Source of the DNA: Alphaproteobacteria bacterium | GTDB taxonomy: Bacteria; Pseudomonadota; Alphaproteobacteria; Rickettsiales; SXRF01 | Assembly: GCA_033763775.1 (NCBI GenBank) | Contig: JANRJW010000014.1 | Coordinates: 89,037 to 153,036, forward strand | DNA: 64,000 nt | Reading direction: 5' to 3' | Part shown: piece after piece, positions 1-9,159 of the stretch | Position numbering within the stretch: the first letter of the stretch is position 1 | Layout of the letters: each line of letters begins with the position of its first letter | Translations under genes and position numbers: made by a program | Notes under the pieces: generated by a model | Seen by the model: the letters and a program-made list of their open reading frames with translations, nothing else | Database searches by the model: none | What the model was told of the DNA's origin: nothing

Positions 1-296
1 AGGGTGAAGCGGAGGCGATTCTGGCAGTCGCGGAAGCCACCGCCAAGGGGATCGACATGGTGTCACAATCGATCATGAAAAGCGGCGGCTCGGAAGCGGT
101 CGCGCTCAAAATTGCCGAGCAATATGTCGGTGCGTTTAAAGAGCTCGCCAAAACCTCCACCACCGTGCTGCTGCCCGCCAATCCCGGCGATGCTGGCTCG
201 ATGGTCGCACAAGCCCTCACGGTGTTCGATGCCATCCGTGATAAAACCTCCGGCAATCTCAAGGAAGGCGCCAAAGGCCCATGGGGCGGCGCTTAA
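1..296 (+). CDS. SPFH/band-7 (stomatin/prohibitin-type) protein, C-terminal fragment; 5' end outside window
   Basis: Frame 3 is open from base 3 to TAA at 294-296. The tail EAEAILAVAEATAKGIDMVSQSI...AEQYVGAFKELAKTSTTVLLP resembles SPFH-family C-termini. Confidence 0.6.
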   Translation, partial: GEAEAILAVAEATAKGIDMVSQSIMKSGGSEAVALKIAEQYVGAFKELAKTSTTVLLPANPGDAGSMVAQALTVFDAIRDKTSGNLKEGAKGPWGGA

Positions 297-297
297 T

Positions 298-417
298 ATT
301 CCCTCTCCCCAGCGGGGAGAGGGCTAGGGTGAGGGGGCTAGGGTGAGGGGGCTAAGCAACGAATACCCCCTCACCCGGCTCACTGCGTTCGCCACCCTCT
401 CTCCGCTGGGGAGAGGC
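298..417. repeat. Family-B composite palindromic repeat
   Basis: Contains ccctctcccc-agc-ggggagaggg hairpin, two tandem ctagggtgaggggg units, inverted ccccctcaccc, and a second ccctctctcc-gctg-gggagagg hairpin. Same motif set recurs at 4426, 18423, 20375 and 62373. Confidence 0.85.
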
Positions 418-2313
418 TTTTGGGCGATCCTATTACTGTCATCCGTCCTCTGTCATCCAACCTCCACTCTGGCAAAGACAGAGCATTGCCTCACGCTCTG
501 GGGCGCGTGCAAATATCCGGCAGGCTTTCGCCATTTCGAGTATGTCAATCCCGCCGCGCCGGTGGGCGGCACAGTCAAGCTCGCGGAAACCGGCACTTTT
601 GATTCGCTGAATCCCTTCATCCTTAAGGGTGTGAAAGCGCCGGCCATTGGCGGCCTGTTTGAATCGCTGATGGTGCAATCTTACGACGAGCCGCAAACCA
701 TGTATGGGCTGATTGCAAAGTCAGTTGATGTTGCCAAAGATAACCGCTCGGCCACTTTTGTCCTGCGCCCGGAAGCGAAGTTTTCCGATGGCTCGCGCAT
801 CACGCCGGAGGATGTCGTGTTTTCATTTGCGACCCTGCGTGACAAGGGCGACCCCACCTTCAAAATGCTTTATGGCGGCATTGAGCGGGTAGAGGTCACG
901 GGTAAAGACGCCGTCACCTTCTATTTCATCGAAAATGCTGGCCGCGAGCAACCGATGGTCGCAGCGCAGATGCCGATTTTATCAAAAGCGTACTACGAAA
1001 AAGTCGATTTCGAAAAAACTACTTTAACACCGCCAGTGGGCAGTGGGCCTTACCTGGTGGAGTCGCTCGAGCAGGGGCGCAGTATTATCTACAAACGAAA
1101 CCCGGACTATTGGGGCTGGCACCTGCCGGTAATGCGCGGCCAATATAATTTCGCACGCATCCGCTATGATTTTTACCGCGATGAAAATGTGGCGCTCGAA
1201 GGCTTAAAAGCAGGCGAATATGATTTCCGTCAGGAATATATCGCGCGCAACTGGGCGACCGCCTATGACACCCCCGCCGTGAAAGACGGGCGCATCATCA
1301 AGCGGATGATTAAGCACCAGATCCCGCAAGGCATGCAGGCCTTTGTGTTCAACACGCGCCATGAGAAATTTGCTGACCGCCGCGTGCGCGAGGCCATCGG
1401 CCTGACCATGGATTATGAATGGCAAAATAAAACGCTCTTTTACGGGGCTTATCTGCGCAATGACAGCTATTTCAATAACACTGATTTTGAAGCGGCAGGC
1501 CTGCCGGAGGGCAAGGAGCTGGCGCTGCTTGAACCATTCCGCTGTCATCCCGTGGAGCGAAGCAGCAGCGAAGCGAGCACGGGATCCAGAGAAGACCAAA
1601 GTCAGGAGACTTTGGTCGTCGAAAATAAAAAGCTGGATTCCCGCTTTCGCGGGAATGACGATAAGAGCTATTGTTTACCAGAAAATCTATTCATCACCCC
1701 TTTCAAAAACTGGGTCAGCGATGGCAGCGGCAATAATCGCGCTGGTTTGCTTCGTGCGCAGCAGCTGCTGAATGAAGCGGGCTGGAAGGTAGAACATGGC
1801 AAGCGTGTGAATGCACGCGGCGAGCAGATGAGCGTTGAATTCATGCTGCGCCAGCCGACCATGGAGCGCGTCATTCAGCCGATGCGAAAAGGCCTCGCAC
1901 GCCTTGGCATCGCCTCCTCCATCCGCATGGTGGATGATGCGCAGTACCAGAAACGTATCGACCAGTATGATTTTGATATTGTGAGCGTGTGGCTAAATCG
2001 CGGCGTGTTTTTTCCCGGAGCAGAGCAGATGACATTGTGGCACAGTTCCCAGGCGGATATCAAAGGCGGCAATAACATCACCGGCATCAAAAATCCGGCG
2101 GTGGATGCAGCACTGGCGGCGCTTACCTCGGCGCAAAGCCTGAAGGATTTAACCGCCGCCGGCCGCGCGCTCGACCGCGTGCTGCTCTGGGAACACATCG
2201 CCATCCCCCACTGGCATTCACCGGGCTTTCGCGTCGCTTACTGGAACAAATTCGGCCTGCCGGATGTGCAGGCGAAATATAATCTATGTTTCCAGTGCTG
2301 GTGGGTGAAGTAA
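343..2313 (+). CDS. yejA: ABC peptide (microcin C-type) importer, periplasmic family-5 substrate-binding protein, YejA-like
   Basis: 656-aa ORF. FEYVNPAAPVGGT...GTFDSLNPF and overall pattern match YejA-type SBPs, and it heads a yejB/E/F operon. The GTG at 343 lies inside a repeat, so the true start is uncertain. Confidence 0.8.
   Translation: MRGLSNEYPLTRLTAFATLSPLGRGFWAILLLSSVLCHPTSTLAKTEHCLTLWGACKYPAGFRHFEYVNPAAPVGGTVKLAETGTFDSLNPFILKGVKAPAIGGLFESLMVQSYDEPQTMYGLIAKSVDVAKDNRSATFVLRPEAKFSDGSRITPEDVVFSFATLRDKGDPTFKMLYGGIERVEVTGKDAVTFYFIENAGREQPMVAAQMPILSKAYYEKVDFEKTTLTPPVGSGPYLVESLEQGRSIIYKRNPDYWGWHLPVMRGQYNFARIRYDFYRDENVALEGLKAGEYDFRQEYIARNWATAYDTPAVKDGRIIKRMIKHQIPQGMQAFVFNTRHEKFADRRVREAIGLTMDYEWQNKTLFYGAYLRNDSYFNNTDFEAAGLPEGKELALLEPFRCHPVERSSSEASTGSREDQSQETLVVENKKLDSRFRGNDDKSYCLPENLFITPFKNWVSDGSGNNRAGLLRAQQLLNEAGWKVEHGKRVNARGEQMSVEFMLRQPTMERVIQPMRKGLARLGIASSIRMVDDAQYQKRIDQYDFDIVSVWLNRGVFFPGAEQMTLWHSSQADIKGGNNITGIKNPAVDAALAALTSAQSLKDLTAAGRALDRVLLWEHIAIPHWHSPGFRVAYWNKFGLPDVQAKYNLCFQCWWVK
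1544..1660. repeat. Family-A composite palindromic element, 117 bp, in frame inside yejA
   Basis: Termini gtcatcccgtg...cgcgggaatgac are inverted. Three internal hairpins: cccgtg..cacggg, gaccaaagtc-agga-gactttggtc, tcccgc-tttc-gcggga. Encodes CHPVERSSSEASTGSREDQSQETLVVENKKLDSRFRGNDD; 117 = 39 codons. Confidence 0.85.
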
Positions 2314-2315
2314 AA

Positions 2316-2392
2316 GTGGCTAGTGCTGGTGACTAGTGTTTGTGTTTATGATAGAAGCAACCTCACTAGCCACTAGCACTAGCCACTAGCAC
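2316..2392. repeat. Heptamer-arm palindrome filling the yejA-yejB gap
   Basis: Left arm gtggctagtgctggtgactagtg; right arm cactagccactagcactagccactagcac, built from cactagc units. It starts 3 nt after the yejA stop and ends 3 nt before the yejB ATG. Confidence 0.85.
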
Positions 2393-2394
2393 CC

Positions 2395-3501
2395 ATGACC
2401 ACCTACATCCTTCGCCGCCTGCTGCTGATGATTCCCACCTTGTTTGGGATCATGGTGCTGAATTTCGTGATTGTTCAGGCCGCGCCGGGCGGGCCGGTGG
2501 AGCGCATGGTCGCACAGCTGACCGATGTCACCGGCAGTGATGCGACCAGCCGCATCAGCGGCGCGGGCGGGTCGGATACGCTATCGCGAACCGATATACG
2601 GGTTGGTGATATGTCCTCCATCTATCGCGGCGCGCGCGGGCTGGATCCGGAGCTGGTGGAGCGCATCGAGAAAATGTATGGGTTTGATAAGCCCGCGCAT
2701 GAGCGTTTTTTCCTGATGATGAAAAGCTACCTGACGCTGGATTTCGGCGAGAGTTTTTACCGCAATGAATCAGTCATCTCGCTGATCGTGAATACGCTGC
2801 CGGTGACCATCTCGCTGGGGCTGTGGACGACACTCATCATCTACCTCATTTCCATTCCGCTCGGCATCCGAAAAGCGGTTCGCGATGGCTCGCGCTTTGA
2901 TGTGGCGACCTCGTGGCTCATCATCATCGGCTATGCTATTCCCAGCTTTCTGTTTGCGATCGTGCTGATTATTTTATTTGCCGGCGGTCAGTACTTTCAG
3001 ATTTTCCCGATGAAAGGCCTCCTGTCCGATAACTGGGAGGAGCTGTCGCTGCTTGGAAAAATAAGCGATTATTTCTGGCACATCACCCTGCCGGTTGCAG
3101 CCATGGTGATTTCCGGCTTTGCCTCGCTCACCATGCTCACCAAAAACTGCTTCCTGGAGGAAATCAGCAAGCAATATGTGCTGACCGCCCGCGCCAAGGG
3201 GCTCACCGAAAATCAGGTGCTTTACGGCCATGTATTTCGCAATGCCATGCTGGTAGTGATTGCCGGGCTGCCGGGCGCGCTGCTTCGCATTTTATTTACC
3301 AGTGCCCTGCTCATTGAGATTATTTTTTCCTTAAATGGCCTTGGCCTGCTTGGCTATGAGGCGGTAGTGAACCGCGACTATCCGGTGATGTTCGGCACGC
3401 TGTTTATTTTCACGCTGCTCGGCCTCATCACCTCGCTCATCGGCGACATCATCTACATGCTCATCGATCCGCGCATTGATTTTGAAAGGCGCGGTGCATG
3501 A
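2395..3501 (+). CDS. yejB: ABC transporter permease, YejB-like
   Basis: 368 aa. [34 protein letters not shown] is a typical DppB/YejB N-terminus. Multi-pass membrane protein in operon context. Confidence 0.85.
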   Translation: MTTYILRRLLLMIPTLFGIMVLNFVIVQAAPGGPVERMVAQLTDVTGSDATSRISGAGGSDTLSRTDIRVGDMSSIYRGARGLDPELVERIEKMYGFDKPAHERFFLMMKSYLTLDFGESFYRNESVISLIVNTLPVTISLGLWTTLIIYLISIPLGIRKAVRDGSRFDVATSWLIIIGYAIPSFLFAIVLIILFAGGQYFQIFPMKGLLSDNWEELSLLGKISDYFWHITLPVAAMVISGFASLTMLTKNCFLEEISKQYVLTARAKGLTENQVLYGHVFRNAMLVVIAGLPGALLRILFTSALLIEIIFSLNGLGLLGYEAVVNRDYPVMFGTLFIFTLLGLITSLIGDIIYMLIDPRIDFERRGA

Positions 3502-4379
3502 GCCTGATATCCAGCGAACCATTCGTGCCGCACAGCTTCGCCCATATCGAGGAAAAGCGCGTCTTTCCAAAAGGCGCGGTGCCGGAGATCGCCTATAACA
3601 AATTCCTACGCGACTACGAAGCGCTGGAAGGCGTAAGCACAAGGCGCATCACCTATCAAAACGATGGCCTCACCATCACCGGCCTCATAGTGCTGCCGGA
3701 AAAGGTAAGCGCCCGAAATCACCCCCTCCTCATCTTCAACCGCGGCGGCAGCCGGGATTACGGCAAGCTCACGGTGGTAAACGTGCTGCGCCACATGGCA
3801 CCGTTTGCCAAGGCGGGCTATCTGGTGTTTGCCTCCAACTATCGCGGCAATGATGGCGGCGATGGTCAGGATGAATTTGGCGGCCGCGATGTCGGCGATG
3901 TGCTGGCGCTGCTGGATATTGCGCGCGCGCATGAAGCATTCGATGGCAAGCGTGCCTTCATGCTCGGCCATTCGCGCGGCGGCATGATGACGATGATGGC
4001 GCTGCGCGAAAAAGCCGCCGTGAAAGCGGCGGTGGTGCTCGCCGGCGTGTCGGATGTGCGCCGCTCAGCGCGCGAGCGCCCGGAGCTGCAAACAGCAGTG
4101 TTTGAGCGGCTTTTCCCCACCGGTGATCTCGACAAAGAATTTGAAAAACGCTCCTCCGTTGCGTGGGCAGATGAGATTGAAACGCCAGTGCTGCTGCTGC
4201 ACGGCGATGCCGATGAGGCCGCGGCAGTGGGGCATAGCATCGCACTTGCCGAAGCACTAGAGCGCGCTGGGAAAAAACACGCGCTGCATATTTACCCGCG
4301 CGGCAACCATTCGCTTTACCGCGTGTGGGATGATGTCATGGCTCGCTCACTGGGCTGGTTTGAGGAGCATGCTGTATGA
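3498..4379 (+). CDS. alpha/beta serine hydrolase (S9 prolyl-oligopeptidase / dienelactone-hydrolase-like)
   Basis: 293 aa with GHSRGG nucleophile elbow, LLLHGDAD and GNHSL (Ser-Asp-His pattern). Its ATG overlaps the yejB stop (ATGA). Confidence 0.7.
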   Translation: MSLISSEPFVPHSFAHIEEKRVFPKGAVPEIAYNKFLRDYEALEGVSTRRITYQNDGLTITGLIVLPEKVSARNHPLLIFNRGGSRDYGKLTVVNVLRHMAPFAKAGYLVFASNYRGNDGGDGQDEFGGRDVGDVLALLDIARAHEAFDGKRAFMLGHSRGGMMTMMALREKAAVKAAVVLAGVSDVRRSARERPELQTAVFERLFPTGDLDKEFEKRSSVAWADEIETPVLLLHGDADEAAAVGHSIALAEALERAGKKHALHIYPRGNHSLYRVWDDVMARSLGWFEEHAV

Positions 4380-4386
4380 TGGAAGG

Positions 4387-4418
4387 CATTAGGGATTCGG
4401 CTTTAGGGGTTAGGGGGG
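4387..4418. repeat. Degenerate heptamer array (cattagg gattcgg ctttagg ggttagg ggg)
   Basis: Tandem 7-nt periodicity seen directly. Related heptamers occur at 31622-31693 and 48797-48877. Confidence 0.6.
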
Positions 4419-4425
4419 ATCATTC

Positions 4426-4509
4426 TTCCCTCTCTGCGTTCCAGAAAGAAGGCCAGGGTGAGGATCTTACTTCCCCCTCTCCCTTTCAGGGAGAGGGTCG
4501 GGGTGAGGG
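4426..4509. repeat. Family-B palindromic repeat
   Basis: Contains ttccctctctgcg...ccagggtgagg followed by ccccctctccc-tttc-agggagaggg-tcggggtgaggg. Confidence 0.8.
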
Positions 4510-4530
4510 TAAACACCGGAATGAGGGTCT

Positions 4531-5781
4531 ATGAGTCCACTGACACAAAGAAGATTATCCCTCTTTACCGCCAACCGCCGCGGGTTCTGGAGCCTATGGA
4601 TTTTCCTCGCGCTCTTTTTGCTCACGCTCTTTGCCGAGCTGATAGCCAATGACAAGCCCATCGTTCTTTCCTACCAGAACCAGCTTTATTTCCCTGTTTT
4701 CAAAGCCTATAGCGAAAAAGAATTTGGCGGCGATTTTGAAACCGAAGCGGTGTATCGCGATCCTGAGGTTCAGAAACTGATCTTAAGCTGCAAGGACATT
4801 CACGCTATGCCGCCAGCGAAAATGCCAGTTTCCGAGAGCCGCGAGGGAGCGTACAAAGAAGTACGTAACCGAGAGGAAGCGCAGGAAACTGCATTTGCAG
4901 CAAGGCATAGTAGTGAATGTGGTTGGATGATCTGGCCGCTCATACGTTACAGCTATGACACCATCAATTACGACCTTGGCCGCCCTGCCCCTGCCCCGCC
5001 ATCCGCTGAAAACTGGCTGGGGGTGGATGATCAGGGGCGCGATGTGCTCGCACGCCTCATTTACGGCTTTCGTCTCTCGGTGCTGTTTGCACTAGCGCTC
5101 ACCATTTCCAGTTCCGTCATCGGCATTTTTGCGGGCGCAGTGCAGGGCTATTTTGGTGGCTGGGTGGATTTGATTTTCCAGCGCTTCATCGAAATCTGGC
5201 AAGGTCTGCCGGAATTATTTTTGCTGATTATTCTGGCCTCCATCATCACGCCAAGCTTTGGCTGGCTGCTGCTCATCCTGCTGCTTTTTTCATGGATGAG
5301 CCTGACCGGTGTGGTGCGCGCCGAGTTCCTGCGCGCGCGTAATTTTGATTATGTCAAGGCCGCACGCGCCCTTGGCGTTGGCGAATGGCGCATCATGATC
5401 CGCCATGTACTACCCAACGCCATGACCGCTGCCATGACGATGATTCCCTTCATCCTCGCCGGCTCCGTCACCGCGCTCACCACCCTTGATTTCCTTGGTT
5501 TTGGCCTGCCGCCCGGTTCGCCGTCGCTGGGCGAGCTGCTGCTGCAGGGCAAATCCAACCCACAGGCGCCGTGGCTCGGCTTTACTGGCTTTCTGGTGAT
5601 CGCCCTGCTGCTCGTGCTCATCATCTTTATTTCCGAAGCGGTGCGCGATGCGTTTGATCCAAGAAAGGTGACGGCAAATCTTAGCTCGCTTGCGAGCTTG
5701 GATTCCCGTCATCCCCGCGAAGGCGGGGATCTCATGCCACCAGGGAACCAGACCCCGCAACAAGTGCGGGGTGACAAATGA
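4531..5781 (+). CDS. yejE: ABC transporter permease, YejE-like
   Basis: 416 aa. N-terminus MSPLTQRRLSLFTANRRGFWSLWIF and WMIWPLIRYSYDT match YejE. It is longer than I recall for the family because of two repeat-derived segments. Confidence 0.85.
   Translation: MSPLTQRRLSLFTANRRGFWSLWIFLALFLLTLFAELIANDKPIVLSYQNQLYFPVFKAYSEKEFGGDFETEAVYRDPEVQKLILSCKDIHAMPPAKMPVSESREGAYKEVRNREEAQETAFAARHSSECGWMIWPLIRYSYDTINYDLGRPAPAPPSAENWLGVDDQGRDVLARLIYGFRLSVLFALALTISSSVIGIFAGAVQGYFGGWVDLIFQRFIEIWQGLPELFLLIILASIITPSFGWLLLILLLFSWMSLTGVVRAEFLRARNFDYVKAARALGVGEWRIMIRHVLPNAMTAAMTMIPFILAGSVTALTTLDFLGFGLPPGSPSLGELLLQGKSNPQAPWLGFTGFLVIALLLVLIIFISEAVRDAFDPRKVTANLSSLASLDSRHPREGGDLMPPGNQTPQQVRGDK
4797..4920. repeat. 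About 124-bp imperfect palindrome inside yejE
   Basis: acattcacgctatgcc...cagtttcc...gtac-aaagaa-gtac...ggaaactg...ggcatagtagtgaatgt. Read in frame as DIHAMPPAKMPVSESREGAYKEVRNREEAQETAFAARHSSEC. Confidence 0.75.
5668..5777. repeat. Family-A-like hairpin cluster forming the 3' end of yejE
   Basis: Hairpins atccccgc-gaag-gcggggat and accccgc-aacaagt-gcggggt. Translated as the tail [36 protein letters not shown] after the family-typical ...RDAFDPRK. Confidence 0.7.
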
Positions 5782-7373
5782 GCCTGCTTTCTATCCAAAA
5801 TCTTTCTCTCTCCTTTGGTGAAAAGAAAGTCGTAAGGAGCGTCTCACTCGAGATACATCGCGGCGAAATGCTGGCACTGGTTGGCGAGTCCGGCTCCGGC
5901 AAATCGCTCACAGCGCTGTCGATCATGGGGTTGCAACCCGGCGGGGCAACACGAGGCGGTCAGATCAACTTTGATAATCTTGAGATCCCCGCACAAGGCG
6001 GGGATGACGTTCTACGGCCACTACGCGGCAAGCGCATCTCCATGATCTTCCAGGAGCCAATGACAGCGCTCAACCCGCTCCATACCATTGGTAAGCAGAT
6101 TGCTGAGATGTTTGATGGTTATCCTCAGCGAGCCATCGGCGAGTCGAAGGATCTCAAGATCCCTCGACAAACTCGGGATGACAAGATTAGTGCTCTCCTC
6201 GACTCCGTCGGCCTTTCCCACTTCAAAGACCGCCTGGACGCCTATCCGCATCAGCTTTCCGGCGGCGAGCGCCAGCGTGTGATGATCGCCATGGCGATTG
6301 CCAATAAACCTGACCTGCTGATTGCCGACGAACCCACCACGGCGGTGGATGTCACCATCCAGAAGAAAATCCTCGAGCTGCTCAAAGAGCTGCAACAAAG
6401 CATGGGCATGGCGATCCTGTTCATCACCCATGACCTGACCGTGGTCAGGCGCCTGTGCGACCGCGTGGCGGTGATGAAGCAGGGCGAACTCGTGGAACAA
6501 GGCAAGGTGGTGGATGTCTTTGCCACCCCGAAACACCCCTACACCCAGCAATTACTGGCAAGTGAGCCAAAAGGCGAGGCCGTGGCGACCCAGGCCGATG
6601 CCCCGCAGCTTCTCTCCTGCCGCTCTCTGAAAGTCCACTTCCCCATCAGGCGCGGCCTGCTCCGGCGCACAGTGGGGCATGTGAAGGCGGTGGACGGCGT
6701 GGATCTCGAGGTACGAAAAGGCGAATGCATCGGCATTGTCGGCGAATCCGGCTCCGGCAAATCCACGCTCGGCTTTGCGCTGCTCAGGCTCATCCAAAGC
6801 GAAGGAAATATTACTTTCTTACCATCTGCCAGCCAGCAACCATCCACCAATCTTCGCCGCCACATGCAGCTGGTGTTTCAGGATCCCTATTCCAGCCTCA
6901 GCCCGCGCATGACGGTGGAACAGATTATCGGCGAAGGCTTGGGTGTGCATGAAAAGCACTTAACTGCAGCCGAGCACAGCCAGAAAATCCGTGACATATT
7001 GATGGAAGTCGGTCTGGATGAAACCGTACTTTCCCGCTTTCCGCATGAGTTTTCAGGCGGCCAGCGCCAAAGAATTTCCATTGCGCGCTCGGTGGTGCTG
7101 AGGCCGCAGCTGCTGGTGCTCGATGAGCCAACGAGCGCGCTGGATCTCACCATTCAGTCCCAGATCATTGATCTACTTAAAAATTTGCAACGCAAATATG
7201 GCCTGAGCTATGTGTTTATCAGCCACGACCTGCGCGTCATCCGCGCCATCGCCCACCGCATTGTGGTGATGCAAAAAGGCAAAATCGTTGAAACTGGCGA
7301 CACGCGCCGCGTTCTCGAAACCCCGCGCGAGGACTATACAAAAACACTCATCGAAGCAGCGTTTCTGAAATAA
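5778..7373 (+). CDS. yejF: ABC transporter ATP-binding protein with two ATPase domains, YejF-like
   Basis: 531 aa with two Walker A sites (GESGSGKS twice), two LSGG signatures, and an ATGA overlap with yejE. Confidence 0.85.
   Translation: MSLLSIQNLSLSFGEKKVVRSVSLEIHRGEMLALVGESGSGKSLTALSIMGLQPGGATRGGQINFDNLEIPAQGGDDVLRPLRGKRISMIFQEPMTALNPLHTIGKQIAEMFDGYPQRAIGESKDLKIPRQTRDDKISALLDSVGLSHFKDRLDAYPHQLSGGERQRVMIAMAIANKPDLLIADEPTTAVDVTIQKKILELLKELQQSMGMAILFITHDLTVVRRLCDRVAVMKQGELVEQGKVVDVFATPKHPYTQQLLASEPKGEAVATQADAPQLLSCRSLKVHFPIRRGLLRRTVGHVKAVDGVDLEVRKGECIGIVGESGSGKSTLGFALLRLIQSEGNITFLPSASQQPSTNLRRHMQLVFQDPYSSLSPRMTVEQIIGEGLGVHEKHLTAAEHSQKIRDILMEVGLDETVLSRFPHEFSGGQRQRISIARSVVLRPQLLVLDEPTSALDLTIQSQIIDLLKNLQRKYGLSYVFISHDLRVIRAIAHRIVVMQKGKIVETGDTRRVLETPREDYTKTLIEAAFLK
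5982..6009. repeat. Family-A-type hairpin inside yejF
   Basis: gag-atccccgc-acaa-ggcggggat-gacg, read as [10 protein letters not shown]. Confidence 0.55.
6139..6183. repeat. Family-A half element inside yejF
   Basis: gaaggatctcaagatccctcgacaaactcgggatgac closely matches the right half of the intergenic element at 32709-32772 (gagggatcctaagatccctcgacgacgctcgggatgac). Read as [15 protein letters not shown]. Confidence 0.7.
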
Positions 7374-7374
7374 G

Positions 7375-8022
7375 TTGCAAAATATTAACGACCGCTTATC
7401 TTCTCGGTCTATGGACTCATCTGCCGCAAACAGCCAATCACACCCCAAACATCTTGATAAGAAATTTCTTGAAGATGTAATCAAAAATCTTCGCCCCAAG
7501 AGCGAGGTTTATACAGGCATCACGTTCCTCAAAAAACTCCTTGATAGCAAAGGCCCGGAAGGCGTGCTTGATTTTGTAAAGCGCGCATCGGTAGCGCTTG
7601 ATGAAGAAGGCAGCCTTGATCTTGCGTTTAATTTCAATGATGTTGAAAGAGAGATATTTAAAGAGTCGCGTCCGAATATGTCGCGGCGCAATTTCCTTCA
7701 TACGATTGGATACGCTGTACCCGGGGCGGTTTTTGGCGCCTATGGGGCTGCTTCTCTGGGGAATCGTGCTATCAAAAAAATAACAGGCGAGAAGAGCGAT
7801 GACACGCCCCCCACATCACGCAGGAATTTTCTTGGCCTTGTTAAAGATGTGACGGGCGAAATTCCTATGGACATTGCCAACCTGTTTATTGGTGCCGCCT
7901 TAATTAATGAGGGCTACGAAAAGTGGGTCGAGATCAAACTGGAACAAATCGCAGACGCCGTATCGCTGCTGGATGAGCGCATCAAGACAGAATCAAAAAG
8001 CTCATCTTCTCCCGGAAGATAA
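7375..8022 (+). CDS. hypothetical protein with two internal SRRNFL (twin-arginine-like) motifs
   Basis: 215-aa ORF (TTG start; alternative ATG at 7411) in a visibly AT-richer stretch. No family recognised. Confidence 0.4.
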   Translation: MQNINDRLSSRSMDSSAANSQSHPKHLDKKFLEDVIKNLRPKSEVYTGITFLKKLLDSKGPEGVLDFVKRASVALDEEGSLDLAFNFNDVEREIFKESRPNMSRRNFLHTIGYAVPGAVFGAYGAASLGNRAIKKITGEKSDDTPPTSRRNFLGLVKDVTGEIPMDIANLFIGAALINEGYEKWVEIKLEQIADAVSLLDERIKTESKSSSSPGR

Positions 8023-8026
8023 TCGA

Positions 8027-9001
8027 TTAAGGCACCAGCAGCAGCGAGCCGGTAGTTTTACGGTTTTCAAGGTCTGTTTGCGCCTCGGCTGCATCGGCCA
8101 GTTTATAAGTGCCGCCGATACTCACCTTGATGATGCCGCGCGCGACTAAATCCAGAAGTTCGGCGCAGCTTTCACGATAATCCGCTTCATTTTCAATGTG
8201 ATGCATTAGCGTTGGCCGCGTGATGTAAACCGAGCCTTTTTTGGAAAGCAGCAGCGGCTCAAATGCCGGCACCGGCCCCGACGCATTGCCATACGACACC
8301 AGCATGCCAAATTTCTTCAGTGAATCGAGCGATTCCATAAAGGTGGACTGGCCAACCGAGTCATAAACCACATCCACTCCCCTGCCCTCAGTCAGCTCAC
8401 GCACGCGGACGGATACTTTTTCCCTCGTGTATAAAATCACATGATCGCAGCCATGCGCCTTGGCAAGCGCCGCTTTGTCTTCGCTGGAAACGGTGCCGAT
8501 CACGGTTGCGCCCAGATGCTTTGCCCACTGGCTGGCAATCAGCCCCACACCGCCAGCCGCCGCGTGCAGCAGGATCACATCCCCTTTTTTCACAGGAAAG
8601 GTGCGCCTGAGCAGGTAATGCGCGGTTAAACCCTTCACCATCACCGCCGCCGCCACCTCATCGCTGAGTGCATTCGGGAGCTTCACCAGCCAGCGCGCGG
8701 GCAGTGCCCGATACTCGGCATATCCCCCCACCGTATCGCTGCAATAGGCGACGCGGTCACCGGCGGCAAAACCACTCACCCCCTGCCCCACAGCCTCCAC
8801 CACTCCGGATGCTTCCATACCCGGAATAATCGGATAGCGGGCGGCTTTGTAAAGGCCAGTACGGAAATAAATATCGATAAAATTGATGCCGATCGCTGTT
8901 TGCCGCACCAGCACTTCGCCCGCCTTTGGCTGTGGCTTTGCTACATCCTCATAGCGCAGCATTTCTGCCCCGCCAGTTTCGTGAATCTGAATCGCTTTCA
9001 T
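8027..9001 (-). CDS. qor: NADPH:quinone oxidoreductase (zeta-crystallin / MDR family)
   Basis: MKAIQIHETGGAEMLRYEDVAKPQPKAGEVLVRQTAIGINFIDIYFRTGLY plus AAAGGVG Rossmann motif. Start moved to the ATG at 9001. Confidence 0.8.
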   Translation of the reverse strand: MKAIQIHETGGAEMLRYEDVAKPQPKAGEVLVRQTAIGINFIDIYFRTGLYKAARYPIIPGMEASGVVEAVGQGVSGFAAGDRVAYCSDTVGGYAEYRALPARWLVKLPNALSDEVAAAVMVKGLTAHYLLRRTFPVKKGDVILLHAAAGGVGLIASQWAKHLGATVIGTVSSEDKAALAKAHGCDHVILYTREKVSVRVRELTEGRGVDVVYDSVGQSTFMESLDSLKKFGMLVSYGNASGPVPAFEPLLLSKKGSVYITRPTLMHHIENEADYRESCAELLDLVARGIIKVSIGGTYKLADAAEAQTDLENRKTTGSLLLVP

Positions 9002-9159
9002 AAGATTTTCTAGGCAGAAAAGCCGCAAAGGTCTAATGGATTTTTTTTCAAAGTCATTTATATGTGACGAGTGCTAGGCAGCGACGCGCGCAGAAGTTGA
9101 GCGTAGCAGCGCTACGTGATACTTCGAGCACGACGATAACGACGCAATCGGCCATAGAA

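Noticed and set aside
112-327. 71-aa Pro/Cys-rich ORF overlapping the SPFH gene tail in another frame
   Set aside because: It overlaps a better-supported frame and runs into the Family-B repeat. Its low-complexity composition supports rejection.
9064-9159. N-terminal extensions offered by the ORF track, for example mnmE from 9064. The same applies to qor from 9028, holA from 16610, lptE from 17040, parB from 13913, secF from 47178, nfu from 45556, PEBP from 45604 and lspA from 49587.
   Set aside because: The extensions run through repeats or neighbouring genes and lack family similarity. Internal ATGs coincide with the conserved N-termini, in several cases with a visible RBS.
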